Source: Micavibrio sp. UBA2137 (GTDB taxonomy: Bacteria > Pseudomonadota > Alphaproteobacteria > Micavibrionales > Micavibrionaceae). From it: a stretch of DNA of 64,000 nucleotides. The position numbers and the translations under genes were made by a program. Within the stretch, counting starts at the first letter, position 1, and each line of letters opens with the position of its first letter. Shown one piece after another: positions 27,511-36,819 of this stretch. The DNA lies in NCBI GenBank assembly GCA_002328415.1, contig DCXL01000004.1, positions 32,311-96,310 of the forward strand, in the 5' to 3' direction. The notes under the pieces were generated by a model. That model had not been told where the DNA came from. It searched no databases and was given only the letters and a program-made list of their open reading frames with translations.

Positions 27511-28662
27511 TTAGCGGATGTAAATATGCACTTCGCTAGTCTTGGCTGATGGGCTTTTGCTTGTCGCCAGATCGATTCTGTTCTGGTCGATACCCTGCTG
27601 TGTCAGTGTTCTGAAAACTTTCTCGGCATTGCGTCTGGCACGTGTGCTTTCAATCGCTAGCTGTGCGGCATTCCCAACAGTTGGTTCAACGGCCACCAAA
27701 TCAAACTGTGCGTTTGGATATTGTGCGATCGCCTCGCTCACGGCTGTGTAAACAGGTTCTTCAAAATTAACATTGGCCTTATCAAAACGAATTTTAACCA
27801 ATGGCTTTGGATTGCCAACAGAGGGTGCAGCAGCTGGTGAAGAACTGGCCACTTGCTGAACCAGTTGTGTTTCAGGTGCGCGTGAGAATGGGCGGCTGGA
27901 TAAAGCCTTGCCATAGAAATCCCCGTTAGCCACTGCTAGTGACAATGTACGCAAATTATTTTGTTCAGCGGCAAGATAAGCGGCTGTTCTTGAAATATCA
28001 TCGTTTACGTTGTTTTGCAGACGGTCAATGACAATGGTGATGTTGTTAATCGAATCTTCAATCGCGGCCAGTGTTGCATGGTCCTCTTCAAGTGCACCTG
28101 TCAGAGAATAAGCTGCGCGTGCCTCATTAATAAGGTAGGAAGCTGTTGAAGCAACTTCTGATGTATCAACGGCCAGACCGTTGTAATCGACCAAATTGCG
28201 AGAGAGTGTTTCTAAGTTGGCTTGTGCCTGATCCAGCTGTTGCAACAGACGTGGGTTACCGGGTGTTGTCCCTGTTTGAAGCTGAGTGCTGATTGTTCCA
28301 ATATTGGCATAGTAGGCAGCCGCTGTTTGCTGACCACTGCCTTGCAAAGTCGCCAAACGCCCTGAAATAGCAGAAACACGTGATTGCAAAGATGACAATT
28401 CATTACGCAACTGTGCAATTTCCTGATTAACGAGAGAATCATAGCGCGCATCTTGGGGCAACAAAAGTTGTTGCGGCGAAATAATCGGCGCGACAGGACG
28501 TGGTTGATAAATATCTCGTTGCAGATTTTCAGGCAACGGGCGGTTGGTAATAACGAGCGATTTTGCACTTACAGGAAGTGCGCCAAAGCCAAGGGATAAG
28601 CCAGTGATGGCTAGTAATGCAGCCTTGAGCGTTGTTTTTTTGGAAAGATGAAATGATACCAT
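27511..28662 (-). CDS. Exported coiled-coil protein with a degenerate OmpA-C-like terminus
   Basis: Start set at the ATG at 28662 (MVSFHLSKKTTLKAALLAITGLSLGFGALPVSA signal). Gln/Leu-rich heptad-like middle. The C-terminus ...RARRNAEKVFRTLTQQGIDQNRIDL...EVHIYIR resembles an OmpA_C fold. Confidence 0.5.
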   Translation of the reverse strand: MVSFHLSKKTTLKAALLAITGLSLGFGALPVSAKSLVITNRPLPENLQRDIYQPRPVAPIISPQQLLLPQDARYDSLVNQEIAQLRNELSSLQSRVSAISGRLATLQGSGQQTAAAYYANIGTISTQLQTGTTPGNPRLLQQLDQAQANLETLSRNLVDYNGLAVDTSEVASTASYLINEARAAYSLTGALEEDHATLAAIEDSINNITIVIDRLQNNVNDDISRTAAYLAAEQNNLRTLSLAVANGDFYGKALSSRPFSRAPETQLVQQVASSSPAAAPSVGNPKPLVKIRFDKANVNFEEPVYTAVSEAIAQYPNAQFDLVAVEPTVGNAAQLAIESTRARRNAEKVFRTLTQQGIDQNRIDLATSKSPSAKTSEVHIYIR

Positions 28663-28883
28663 TTTAAACTTATAACTTCTTGCAATTCGAATTTGTAAGA
28701 CACATGCCTGAACAAAGAGATTTATGTGATGATAGGTGGCAACTGTCAAGTAAAACAGTAAAATCTCGTTATTACCCACAAAACTTCTGGAAAACTTTTG
28801 AAAACACACCTTTTTTTCCAAAAATTAGTCTTGCAATCTCGGAATCACTGTCGTATGACTTTGCATCGTCTGCACACAGGCAC

Positions 28884-28960
28884 GCGCCCGTAGCTCAACT
28901 GGATAGAGTACTTGACTACGAATCAAGCGGTTGGAGGTTCGAATCCTCCCGGGCGCGCCA
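28884..28960 (+). tRNA. tRNA-Arg (ACG)
   Basis: 77 nt: acceptor GCGCCCG/CGGGCGC, D-arm GCTC-AACTGGATA-GAGT, anticodon stem CTTGA/TCAAG with loop CTACGAA, T-arm GGAGG-TTCGAAT-CCTCC, encoded CCA. Confidence 0.9.
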
Positions 28961-29079
28961 TTTTTCCAAAATCAAAAGATCTGTCTTTCTTAATTGTAGA
29001 TATTGAGAAATCTGCAACTTTATGTTAGTTTCAATTAGTTAAAGGCGAAGGTCTTCCCTCCTAATTGAAGCTGATTTAC

Positions 29080-30885
29080 ATGAAAAATCTTTTTGTTGGA
29101 ACGGCGGTATGTGTTTTCTTATTTGCCTCGCCATCGCTGGCGCAAACACTTGGGCATATTCCTGAAGAAGGAGAGTATTCTAAACAAGTAAGTAAATCCA
29201 AAAACGGTAATATACTTGCAGATACATACTTTATTGCTCCACTTAGCAAAAATGAACCTCTGGCTCCTAAGTGGGAAGGCCATATTGAGCTTGAAGGAAA
29301 ACTGGGTACAGATAGAGACTTAGGCGAGGCCGCTGTTTTTATTCCAGTTCTTCAAAATGAAGACTCAATGTTGTTTACGGATTTGCGTTTCCGTATGGAT
29401 GATAACGACAGCAAAGAATTTAATATTGGCCTAGGTTACAGGAAAATTGTAGGTAGTGACCTTGTTGTTGGAGGTTATGCTTTTTATGACCGGAGGCGCA
29501 CTCCTAACGATAATAGTTTTAATCAAGCCACGATTGGGGTTGAGGCGCTGAAAACTGATTATGAGGCTCGTATAAATGCCTATATTCCTGAAAGTACTGA
29601 AGAGGACATAGGCGGGGTAGGTGTTACGCGTGCGGTCGCAACGGGCGGAAACATACAGCTGCAAACCTTTGGTAATGGTACAGAACGTGCCTTGCCGGGA
29701 TTTGATGCAGAGTTAGGTTTTAAGCTCGATCTTACGTCTAATCTTGATCTGTGGACTTATGGTGGTGGGTATTATTTTGATGCTGATGATTTTGAGAAGG
29801 TCTCTGGGCCACGTGTGAGAATGGAGCTGCAATATAATGGAGTGCCCTTTTTAGGCGAAGGGTCACAATTTACGGTGGGTCTTGAGGGGCAAACAGATGA
29901 TGTTCGAGGTGATCAAGCCTTTGCCTTGGGTAGGCTTCGTGTGCCATTTTCGACATTTAAGATGAGGACAGACAATGGACACCGTCCAAAACTCTCACCC
30001 ATTGAAGAGCGTATGACGTCACGTATATACAGAGATGTTGATATAGTCGCTGTAGAAGCTGAGGCGAGTGATGAACCGATTTTAACAGAAACAGCGTCTG
30101 TGACTTTGGAAAATGGGGCGCAGGTGTCAACCTTTACGGCTATTGATGCGGGGGATGATCCAGCGGTTGAGATTGCAGGGGCTGGTGTAAACGCATTGGT
30201 TGTTCTGGATGGCTCATTAGGTAGTCTAACGCCCTCAGGTCAAATCCTTGTCCAGGACGGTCAAACTATTATAGGTGGCGGAACATCTCTAATGGCTACG
30301 GGCACCAATAGTGGAGCGCGCGTCCCTGTAACATTCGCAGGGGTTCGCCCAACCATAGATGGCGGTGGGGCCAACAGGGATATTGTTATAGACGGCGTCA
30401 ATGATATTTTAATTCAGAATATAAATTTAACTAATACTGGTTCAAGGAGTCTCCTGATAATTAATGGCTCTGGTAATGTAAATTTGCGCAATATAAATGC
30501 GAGCAATAACACAGCGGTTGGCTTGGTAGCTTCTGGCGTTGGAACAGTTGTTGCAGCGAGTAACGTAAATTTGACTAATAACAATATTGGTGCAGGGGTG
30601 CTTAGTGCTGCGAACTTAAACTTGTCTAATTCAATAATTTCTAATTCGTTAACTGGCATTGATACCAATGATTTTGGGCCAGGAAATCCAACTTTAAATC
30701 TTAGTAACACAACAATTGAAAATATAGGAAACAATGTTCTGCAATTGAGTGATGTCAATGTCTCAGGAAGTGGAAATATTGTGAATGGTCCTGTCGGTGG
30801 CGTTGTGTGCAGCAATAGTGGCGGTAATACTGGCTCAATATCTTTTGATAATATCCTCGGTGGTGGGGCGGGTACGTGTCCTTAA
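29080..30885 (+). CDS. Inverse-autotransporter-like outer membrane adhesin with a parallel beta-helix passenger
   Basis: Signal peptide MKNLFVGTAVCVFLFASPSLAQ. The N-terminal region matches the intimin/invasin beta-domain pattern (NIGLGYRK...GGYAFYDRR...IGVEALKTDYEARINAYIP...ERALPGFDAELGFKL...GGGYYFD). The C-terminal ~200 aa are Asn/Gly-rich ~22-aa beta-helix-type repeats (NINLTN.., NVNLRN.., NLNLSN..). Confidence 0.6.
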   Translation: MKNLFVGTAVCVFLFASPSLAQTLGHIPEEGEYSKQVSKSKNGNILADTYFIAPLSKNEPLAPKWEGHIELEGKLGTDRDLGEAAVFIPVLQNEDSMLFTDLRFRMDDNDSKEFNIGLGYRKIVGSDLVVGGYAFYDRRRTPNDNSFNQATIGVEALKTDYEARINAYIPESTEEDIGGVGVTRAVATGGNIQLQTFGNGTERALPGFDAELGFKLDLTSNLDLWTYGGGYYFDADDFEKVSGPRVRMELQYNGVPFLGEGSQFTVGLEGQTDDVRGDQAFALGRLRVPFSTFKMRTDNGHRPKLSPIEERMTSRIYRDVDIVAVEAEASDEPILTETASVTLENGAQVSTFTAIDAGDDPAVEIAGAGVNALVVLDGSLGSLTPSGQILVQDGQTIIGGGTSLMATGTNSGARVPVTFAGVRPTIDGGGANRDIVIDGVNDILIQNINLTNTGSRSLLIINGSGNVNLRNINASNNTAVGLVASGVGTVVAASNVNLTNNNIGAGVLSAANLNLSNSIISNSLTGIDTNDFGPGNPTLNLSNTTIENIGNNVLQLSDVNVSGSGNIVNGPVGGVVCSNSGGNTGSISFDNILGGGAGTCP

Positions 30886-30893
30886 AGTTTCTG

Positions 30894-30919
30894 TGCCTCG
30901 CAAAGGAGGCAAGCTTTTT
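30894..30919 (+). terminator. Possible rho-independent terminator
   Basis: tgcctc-gcaaag-gaggca hairpin followed by agcttttt. Confidence 0.4.
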
Positions 30920-31063
30920 AGGTTACTCAGAGCGCATTTTTTGTAGTTTTACCTTTGGTACGCCATTTACCAGACGGTAAATTTACTGTGTTACGTCAAA
31001 TAAGAAATCCTTAAATCTTTTTGCCTATAATAAGTATTGATGAGTTAACATCGGTCTGGGGCT

Positions 31064-31088
31064 GTGATATAAATATTTGATATATCAC
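31064..31088. promoter_or_regulatory. Inverted repeat (candidate operator) upstream of the pilus cluster
   Basis: GTGATATA-N9-TATATCAC, located 58-82 nt upstream of the pilB-like ATG in an AT-rich intergenic region. Confidence 0.25.
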
Positions 31089-31145
31089 TCATTACGCAAT
31101 GTAATGATGTCAATTGCGCCCAGTCTGGGCAAAAAGAAGTGACCT

Positions 31146-33251
31146 ATGCAGGATTTTGATCCAAAAGAACAGAAACGCAAGATAGAAGCGGATGCCAATC
31201 GCAAAGTGAATGATGCGCATGCTGATGATATTGTGCAGCCAGACGCACGCCTTGAGGACGATGCTGACGATATAGATTTTGATTTTGTTGATATGACCGT
31301 TGATGAAGAAGAGCTGAAACGTGAGATGGCGCAAAATCAACGCGCGCAAAATATGCATGATGCACAACACTCTTCAGCGCAGCGCTCTATAGAAGAGCGA
31401 AACGATGATGGCCCTTTGGAAATGGATATGGAGTATGTTGCTGATGATGCGGTGACACCCCCACAGGCCGATAATTCTTCGTCAGAGACACAGGTGCCTG
31501 TAACACAAACAACGCAGGTGCAAATGTCGCAAGGAACGGATGTTGCTACTTCAGGCGCTGATGGTGATCTAGTGGATGGCCAGAAAATGCGCCTTGGTGA
31601 ACGCCTCATCAAAATGGGGCTTATTACAAATGAGCAACTGAATGTTGCACTACAAGAGAAAAAGCTGAGCGGTAAAATGCTTGGCGAGGCTATTGTTGAG
31701 CTGGGCTTTATTGACGAAGAGCAGTTAACAATTGCATTGGCTGAATCAGCGGGTTTTGAAGTGTTTGATCCGAAATCAACCATCGTTGATGGGGAGGCGC
31801 TTCGTCTTTTGTCAAAACAAGATGCGCAACGCATGCGCGTGTTGCCACTTTTTATGCATGACCAAAGTGTTTATGTCGCTTTGATTGACCCGTACGATAT
31901 CGTGGCGATGGACGCCTTGCGCCGAAAGATGCCACGCGGTTTTTCCGTCAAACCTTTAATGACAACGCCCTCTGTCCTTAATGAGGCAATTGATGCGGCT
32001 TATGGTTACGCGAGTGCGATTGAGGATATTCTTAAAGAGCTTGAAACGCTTGATACAGAAGCAATTAACAAAATCGATGAACATGAAAACTACACGCACC
32101 CGATTGTGCGTCTTGTAAACGCGATGCTGTTTGAGGCGGTAAAATCAGGTGTGTCTGACTTGCACTTTGAGCCAGAAGAAAATTTCGTAAGGTTGCGTTA
32201 TCGTTTAGACGGTGTTCTCTTCACTGCGCAAATTATTCATAAGAAATATTGGAGCGGGATTTCACAGCGTATTAAAATTATGTCTGATTTAAATATCGCT
32301 GATAAATTAAGCCCGCAAGATGGTCGTTTTAACCTAAACATTGGCGGTCGAGATGCTGATTTTCGTGTCTCGTCCTTGCCAACGGTACATGGTGAAAACA
32401 TTGTCTTGCGTGTGCTTGATAAAAAGGCATCTATTTTGCCGCTTGATGCCCTTGGTTTTTCTGATGAAAATATGGCGTTAATTGAAAAGTCTCAAACGCG
32501 GCCCGAGGGGATTATTATTGTAACGGGACCAACGGGATCTGGTAAATCAACCTCGCTTTACTCCATGTTGAATAAAATCAATGATGTTGAGCGTAATATC
32601 CAGACGCTCGAAGACCCGGTTGAATATTCCCTTCCCATGATCAGGCAAACAAATGTACGCGAGGGCGTGTTGGATTTTGCAGATGGTATCCGTGCAATGT
32701 TGCGTCAGGACCCTGATATTATCTTTATTGGGGAGATTCGTGACGCGACAACAGCTGAAATGGCGCTGAAAGCGGCCATGACAGGGCATCAGGTTTACAC
32801 AACACTTCACACAAATGATTCCTTTGGGGCTATTCCACGTTTGCTGGATTTGGGATTGAAGCCAAATATGCTTGCAGGATCAATTATTTCCATTTTTGCG
32901 CAGCGTTTGGGTCGTCGTTTGTGTCAAGATTGTCGTGTCGCTTACACAGCTAGCCCAGAAGAGTGTGAATTGCTGAAGATTGATCCTAGTAATGCGCCTG
33001 AAATTTATAAGGCGAGCCCGGATGGGTGCACAAGCTGTTCTGGTATGGGGTATAAAGGGCGTACAGGTATTATCGAGATCCTCATGTTTGATGAAGGTAT
33101 GAATGATGCGCTTGCGCGCGGTGAGTCCAAGGCTGAGTTGAAGGCCTTGGCTAAGGAAAAAGGGTTCAAGAGCTTGGCAGATGATGCCATTCTGAAAATA
33201 TTGGATGGTGTAACAAGTATTGACGCTGTTACCAAGGTTGTTAGTCTATAG
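31146..33251 (+). CDS. pilB: Type IV pilus assembly (extension) ATPase, PilB/MshE family, with an N-terminal acidic extension
   Basis: 701 aa. T2SSE_N-like region, Walker A GPTGSGKST, Asp/His boxes, Walker B IIFIGEIRD, tetracysteine CQDC...CTSC. The first ~145 aa are acidic with no similarity I recognise. Confidence 0.9.
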   Translation: MQDFDPKEQKRKIEADANRKVNDAHADDIVQPDARLEDDADDIDFDFVDMTVDEEELKREMAQNQRAQNMHDAQHSSAQRSIEERNDDGPLEMDMEYVADDAVTPPQADNSSSETQVPVTQTTQVQMSQGTDVATSGADGDLVDGQKMRLGERLIKMGLITNEQLNVALQEKKLSGKMLGEAIVELGFIDEEQLTIALAESAGFEVFDPKSTIVDGEALRLLSKQDAQRMRVLPLFMHDQSVYVALIDPYDIVAMDALRRKMPRGFSVKPLMTTPSVLNEAIDAAYGYASAIEDILKELETLDTEAINKIDEHENYTHPIVRLVNAMLFEAVKSGVSDLHFEPEENFVRLRYRLDGVLFTAQIIHKKYWSGISQRIKIMSDLNIADKLSPQDGRFNLNIGGRDADFRVSSLPTVHGENIVLRVLDKKASILPLDALGFSDENMALIEKSQTRPEGIIIVTGPTGSGKSTSLYSMLNKINDVERNIQTLEDPVEYSLPMIRQTNVREGVLDFADGIRAMLRQDPDIIFIGEIRDATTAEMALKAAMTGHQVYTTLHTNDSFGAIPRLLDLGLKPNMLAGSIISIFAQRLGRRLCQDCRVAYTASPEECELLKIDPSNAPEIYKASPDGCTSCSGMGYKGRTGIIEILMFDEGMNDALARGESKAELKALAKEKGFKSLADDAILKILDGVTSIDAVTKVVSL

Positions 33252-33261
33252 AATCATGTGA

Positions 33262-34488
33262 TTGAGGAGAAACCACATCGCACAGTATCGTTATAAAGCA
33301 TTGAATAAGAAAAACCGCGTTGTAAAAGGCGTGGTTGGCGCAGTGAATGAGGCTGATCTCTACACGCAACTGCAGTCGGCAGGGCTTGAGCTTGTCCAAT
33401 GTTCTGAAATTAAAAAAAGTGGTGGTATTACCATCATGCGTGCGCCCAGTGTTAAGACACGTGATTTGCTAACCCTATTTATTAATTTAGAGCAAATGCA
33501 AGGGGCTGGTGTTCCTTTGCTTGATGCGCTTTCAGATATTCGTGATGCCACAGATAATGACCGTTTGCGTGATATTTTGTCCGAAACATATAGAAGTGTC
33601 TCCGAGGGTGCGTCCATGTCAGAAGGTTTTGCGGCGCAACCAAAAGTTTTTTCCAATATCGTTGTCTCTCTTATTAAAGCGGGTGAGGAAACTGGGGATT
33701 TGACCTTCTCTTACCGCGAGATTTTGAAATATCTTAAATGGCAGGATGCACTTCAAAGTAAAATGAAGAAGGCAACCCGTTACCCCATAATTTTGTTGGC
33801 TGTCGTTGTTCTTACAGTCGTCATCATGCTTGGTGTGGTTGTGCCTCAAATTATTGGCTTCATTTCAAATTTGGGGCAGGAGCTACCCTTTTATACAAAA
33901 GCGCTGATGGCAACATCTGAATTTTTTCAAAATTACGGTGTATATGTCGGGATTGCTCCCTTTGCCCTGTTTGCTCTTTATAAAATATTGCGTGGTGTAT
34001 CACGTGAGTTTGCTTATCGCGCCGACAGGGTGTTCTTGTCGCTTCCTATCATGGGTCCGCTTATTCGAAAAATTACAATTGCGCGTTACGCGCAAACATT
34101 TGCGGCGCTCTATGCCAGCGGAATCAGTGTTTTGGGTTGCTTGAAGTCCGGCCGTAATACTGTAGGAAATCTGGCGCTTTATGAGGCGTTTGAAAATGTT
34201 GAAGAGCAGGTTAAAACAGGAAGTTCTTTATCCGAAGCTTTTAATTTTACAGGTGAATTTCCGTCCATGGTCGTGCGCATGGTGCGTATTGGTGAGGAAT
34301 CAGGTAATTTGACGCCAGTGCTTGCGCAGGTTTCTGAGTTTTACTCTAAGGATGTTGAGGAATCGGTTGATGGCATGATCGCTATGATTGAGCCTATGTT
34401 AACTGCCTTCTTGGGTGGAATGATCCTTTGGATTGCGGCCTCAGTGTTTGGTCCTATTTATTCCAGCTTTGGGGAAATGGACTTCTAA
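33262..34488 (+). CDS. pilC: Type IV pilus platform protein, PilC/GspF family
   Basis: 408 aa. Two GspF repeats, three TM segments, family-typical N-terminus (YRYKALNKKNRVVKG). TTG start, 10 nt after pilB. Confidence 0.9.
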   Translation: MRRNHIAQYRYKALNKKNRVVKGVVGAVNEADLYTQLQSAGLELVQCSEIKKSGGITIMRAPSVKTRDLLTLFINLEQMQGAGVPLLDALSDIRDATDNDRLRDILSETYRSVSEGASMSEGFAAQPKVFSNIVVSLIKAGEETGDLTFSYREILKYLKWQDALQSKMKKATRYPIILLAVVVLTVVIMLGVVVPQIIGFISNLGQELPFYTKALMATSEFFQNYGVYVGIAPFALFALYKILRGVSREFAYRADRVFLSLPIMGPLIRKITIARYAQTFAALYASGISVLGCLKSGRNTVGNLALYEAFENVEEQVKTGSSLSEAFNFTGEFPSMVVRMVRIGEESGNLTPVLAQVSEFYSKDVEESVDGMIAMIEPMLTAFLGGMILWIAASVFGPIYSSFGEMDF

Positions 34489-34491
34489 AAT

Positions 34492-36192
34492 ATGAGCATT
34501 TTTTCACTTCCAAAAACGATTTTAAATGTAACGGACGAGGCCGTCTTCGTCTACAAAGTCTCTGGCAAAAATGTGGATTTACTGGGTGCTTATGCATGGC
34601 AGGATGAGGACTTTGAAGCAAGTTTGTTTTCAGCCATCGTAAATGACGCAAATATGGCGCCAGTTATCCTTCTTAACGATACGGTTGACCAACACTATCG
34701 TAAGGAGCGTGTTCCAAGTGTTGGTGTGTTTGAATCGGGTACAGTTGTAAAACGCAAGCTAGCCATTGCCTTCCCGAAATATCCTTTTAGGGCTTATAAA
34801 AAACTCTCTGAAGTTACACCAAGCAAGAAAACAGCTAGCGGCGACCGCACCGTAAAGACAGCGACTTATCTTTTTGCTGCCTGCCCCGAGACACAGAATA
34901 TTCAAAAGGTTATGAATGTTCTTAAAGATACAGATGTTTCGATTGCTGGTTTTGGTCTTCTTCCAACAGAATCCGTTAACTTTGTCGAGGCACTTTCACG
35001 AAAAATATTTGGTGGCGGTGAAGGCGATAAGAAGTCCACCCTTTCTTTCTTGTCTAAGAAAAAGGCGCCTCCTCCCAAAAGTAATGTTTGGACAATTTTT
35101 ATAGGCCAAAACCGCTCTGGCGGGTTGCGTCAAATTGTGACTAAGGGCGGTGAGCTTGCATTAACGCGTATCACGCCTATCGTTGAGACAAACGAGGATA
35201 TCGAGTTATGGACAGGTGATATTTTTAGAGAATATCAAGCGACGATGACGTATCTGTCGCGCTTTGGTTATACATCTAATGACACGCTCAATATCATTGC
35301 TGTTTCTTCTGAACATTGTAAACAAAGCCTAGAGAAGGTGCTGACGCCAGAAAATGGTGCTTTTCGGGCGCTCACATTATCGGAAATGTCAAAGTTTATG
35401 GGGTATAATCCAGATTTGGAAACTCCACAAAATGTAGCTGATGATGCACATGTTTTATGGGCGGCTAATCAAACCCGTCTTTCTATGCCTCTTAGCGCGC
35501 CCCAACTTGATGCAGTGGCCAATCCGCGCCGTTATGCGACATTTGCGAGTATTGCTCTTATCTTTTTGTTGGGTGCTTCCGTATATTATGCTTCAAACGC
35601 ATTTATCAATCTTTACAAGTTGAACCAAAATATTTCTCAGGCTGAAAAAGAGCTTATTCAAGTCACGAATATTTACGAAGACGAAGTGACGCGCAAAGAA
35701 GATATGGGCGTAAGCATTCAGCTCGTGCAGGCGAGCTTTCAAATAAATGAAGAGTTACAAAAAGAAAAAATAGAACTTTATGATGTTTTGAGCGCTATAA
35801 GCGAAGGTTTGAATGATACTTTTAGTTTAAAGACTATAGATTATGAGGTTAACGAGGTTGAGGTAGTATCAGATGAAACACTTGGTTTTGTGCCGCCTGG
35901 AACAACAAGACTAGAAAAAAAGATGGTTCTTACAATGGAATTTCCTGGTGACTTCGATATTGCGGAAGGTAATGCCATTGTAAAAAGCTTTAGTGATCGC
36001 CTTGGTTATTTGCTTCCTGAGAGTAGCGTATCTGTTACGCAAGTGCTGAAAGACGTTTCATATCGCGGTGCAATTACGAGCGAAAGCGGCGTAAATACAT
36101 CGCCGCAAAATACAACGCCTTTAGAAGGGAAAGTTCAGATCCTTATTGATGATAAGATTATAGAGTCAAATAGTGCGGGGGTTCAGGGATGA
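34492..36192 (+). CDS. Pilus alignment protein, fused PilM-like/PilN-like (MshI-like architecture)
   Basis: 566 aa. Cytoplasmic N-domain of ~350 aa, one TM (YATFASIALIFLLGASVYYA), then a coiled coil plus a small periplasmic domain. The call rests on position and topology, not on strong motifs. Confidence 0.45.
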   Translation: MSIFSLPKTILNVTDEAVFVYKVSGKNVDLLGAYAWQDEDFEASLFSAIVNDANMAPVILLNDTVDQHYRKERVPSVGVFESGTVVKRKLAIAFPKYPFRAYKKLSEVTPSKKTASGDRTVKTATYLFAACPETQNIQKVMNVLKDTDVSIAGFGLLPTESVNFVEALSRKIFGGGEGDKKSTLSFLSKKKAPPPKSNVWTIFIGQNRSGGLRQIVTKGGELALTRITPIVETNEDIELWTGDIFREYQATMTYLSRFGYTSNDTLNIIAVSSEHCKQSLEKVLTPENGAFRALTLSEMSKFMGYNPDLETPQNVADDAHVLWAANQTRLSMPLSAPQLDAVANPRRYATFASIALIFLLGASVYYASNAFINLYKLNQNISQAEKELIQVTNIYEDEVTRKEDMGVSIQLVQASFQINEELQKEKIELYDVLSAISEGLNDTFSLKTIDYEVNEVEVVSDETLGFVPPGTTRLEKKMVLTMEFPGDFDIAEGNAIVKSFSDRLGYLLPESSVSVTQVLKDVSYRGAITSESGVNTSPQNTTPLEGKVQILIDDKIIESNSAGVQG

Positions 36193-36818
36193 TTAAGATT
36201 ATTGGACGCGAACGCATAATTTTCTTGTTGTCACTTCTTGGGCTTATCGCATTGATTTCGGGTGTGGCCTATTTTGTTATAGCACCCAAAATGGTTGCTG
36301 CAGAGCGAACGTTGGCAACAAAGAAAATTCAGGTCTCTGCAAAAAAGAACGATACTATGATGTTGCGAGATGAGTTCAGGACATTCCAAGAACGCGCTGA
36401 AAAATTCAAAGAGTTAGAGGTTTCAGGCCTTTTTGAAACGCAGAACAGACTTGAGGCCATCGATAAGGTGGAAGGATTTCGCGAAGAGATTGGCTTGTTA
36501 AAAGCGAGTATTAAAGTTGATGCGGGCGAAATTGTTGAAGATCAAAGAATGGACCGACTTGATAATGTTTATTTGGAAAGCCCTGTTTCTTTTACGCTTG
36601 AGGCGCTTGATGATATCGAGGTGTATACTTTCTTAAAGCTTGTGGAGGACCGCTTTCCTGGACGGTTGGTTGTTCAAAACCTCAAAATTGAGAAGGTTGC
36701 TGATATTACGACTGAAACATTGGCGAGTATTGTAAATGGTATTCCGACACCGATGGTTAAAGCAACAGCAGATTATAACTGGGTTACTCTGCCAGCAGAA
36801 AATGAATTGGAGCAATAA
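36189..36818 (+). CDS. PilO/MshJ-like bitopic pilus alignment protein
   Basis: 209 aa. N-terminal TM (IIFLLSLLGLIALISGVAYFVIA), coiled coil, small C-domain. ATGA overlap with the upstream gene. Confidence 0.4.
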   Translation: MIKIIGRERIIFLLSLLGLIALISGVAYFVIAPKMVAAERTLATKKIQVSAKKNDTMMLRDEFRTFQERAEKFKELEVSGLFETQNRLEAIDKVEGFREEIGLLKASIKVDAGEIVEDQRMDRLDNVYLESPVSFTLEALDDIEVYTFLKLVEDRFPGRLVVQNLKIEKVADITTETLASIVNGIPTPMVKATADYNWVTLPAENELEQ

Positions 36819-36819
36819 G

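Noticed and set aside
28663-28821. Upstream extension of the coiled-coil protein ORF, and the plus-strand ORF 28680-29006
   Set aside because: The extension removes the signal peptide from the N-terminus. The plus-strand ORF runs straight through the tRNA-Arg gene and is spurious.
31337-31834. 165-aa antisense ORF inside pilB, and similar antisense ORFs inside the TPR gene (39067-39522), dapF (56134-56697) and carA (1425-1961)
   Set aside because: All lie fully within well-supported genes on the opposite strand, with no independent signals.
36736-36819. Upstream extension of the PilP-like ORF
   Set aside because: It overlaps the PilO-like gene in another frame. The Met at 36820 gives a proper signal peptide directly after the upstream stop.
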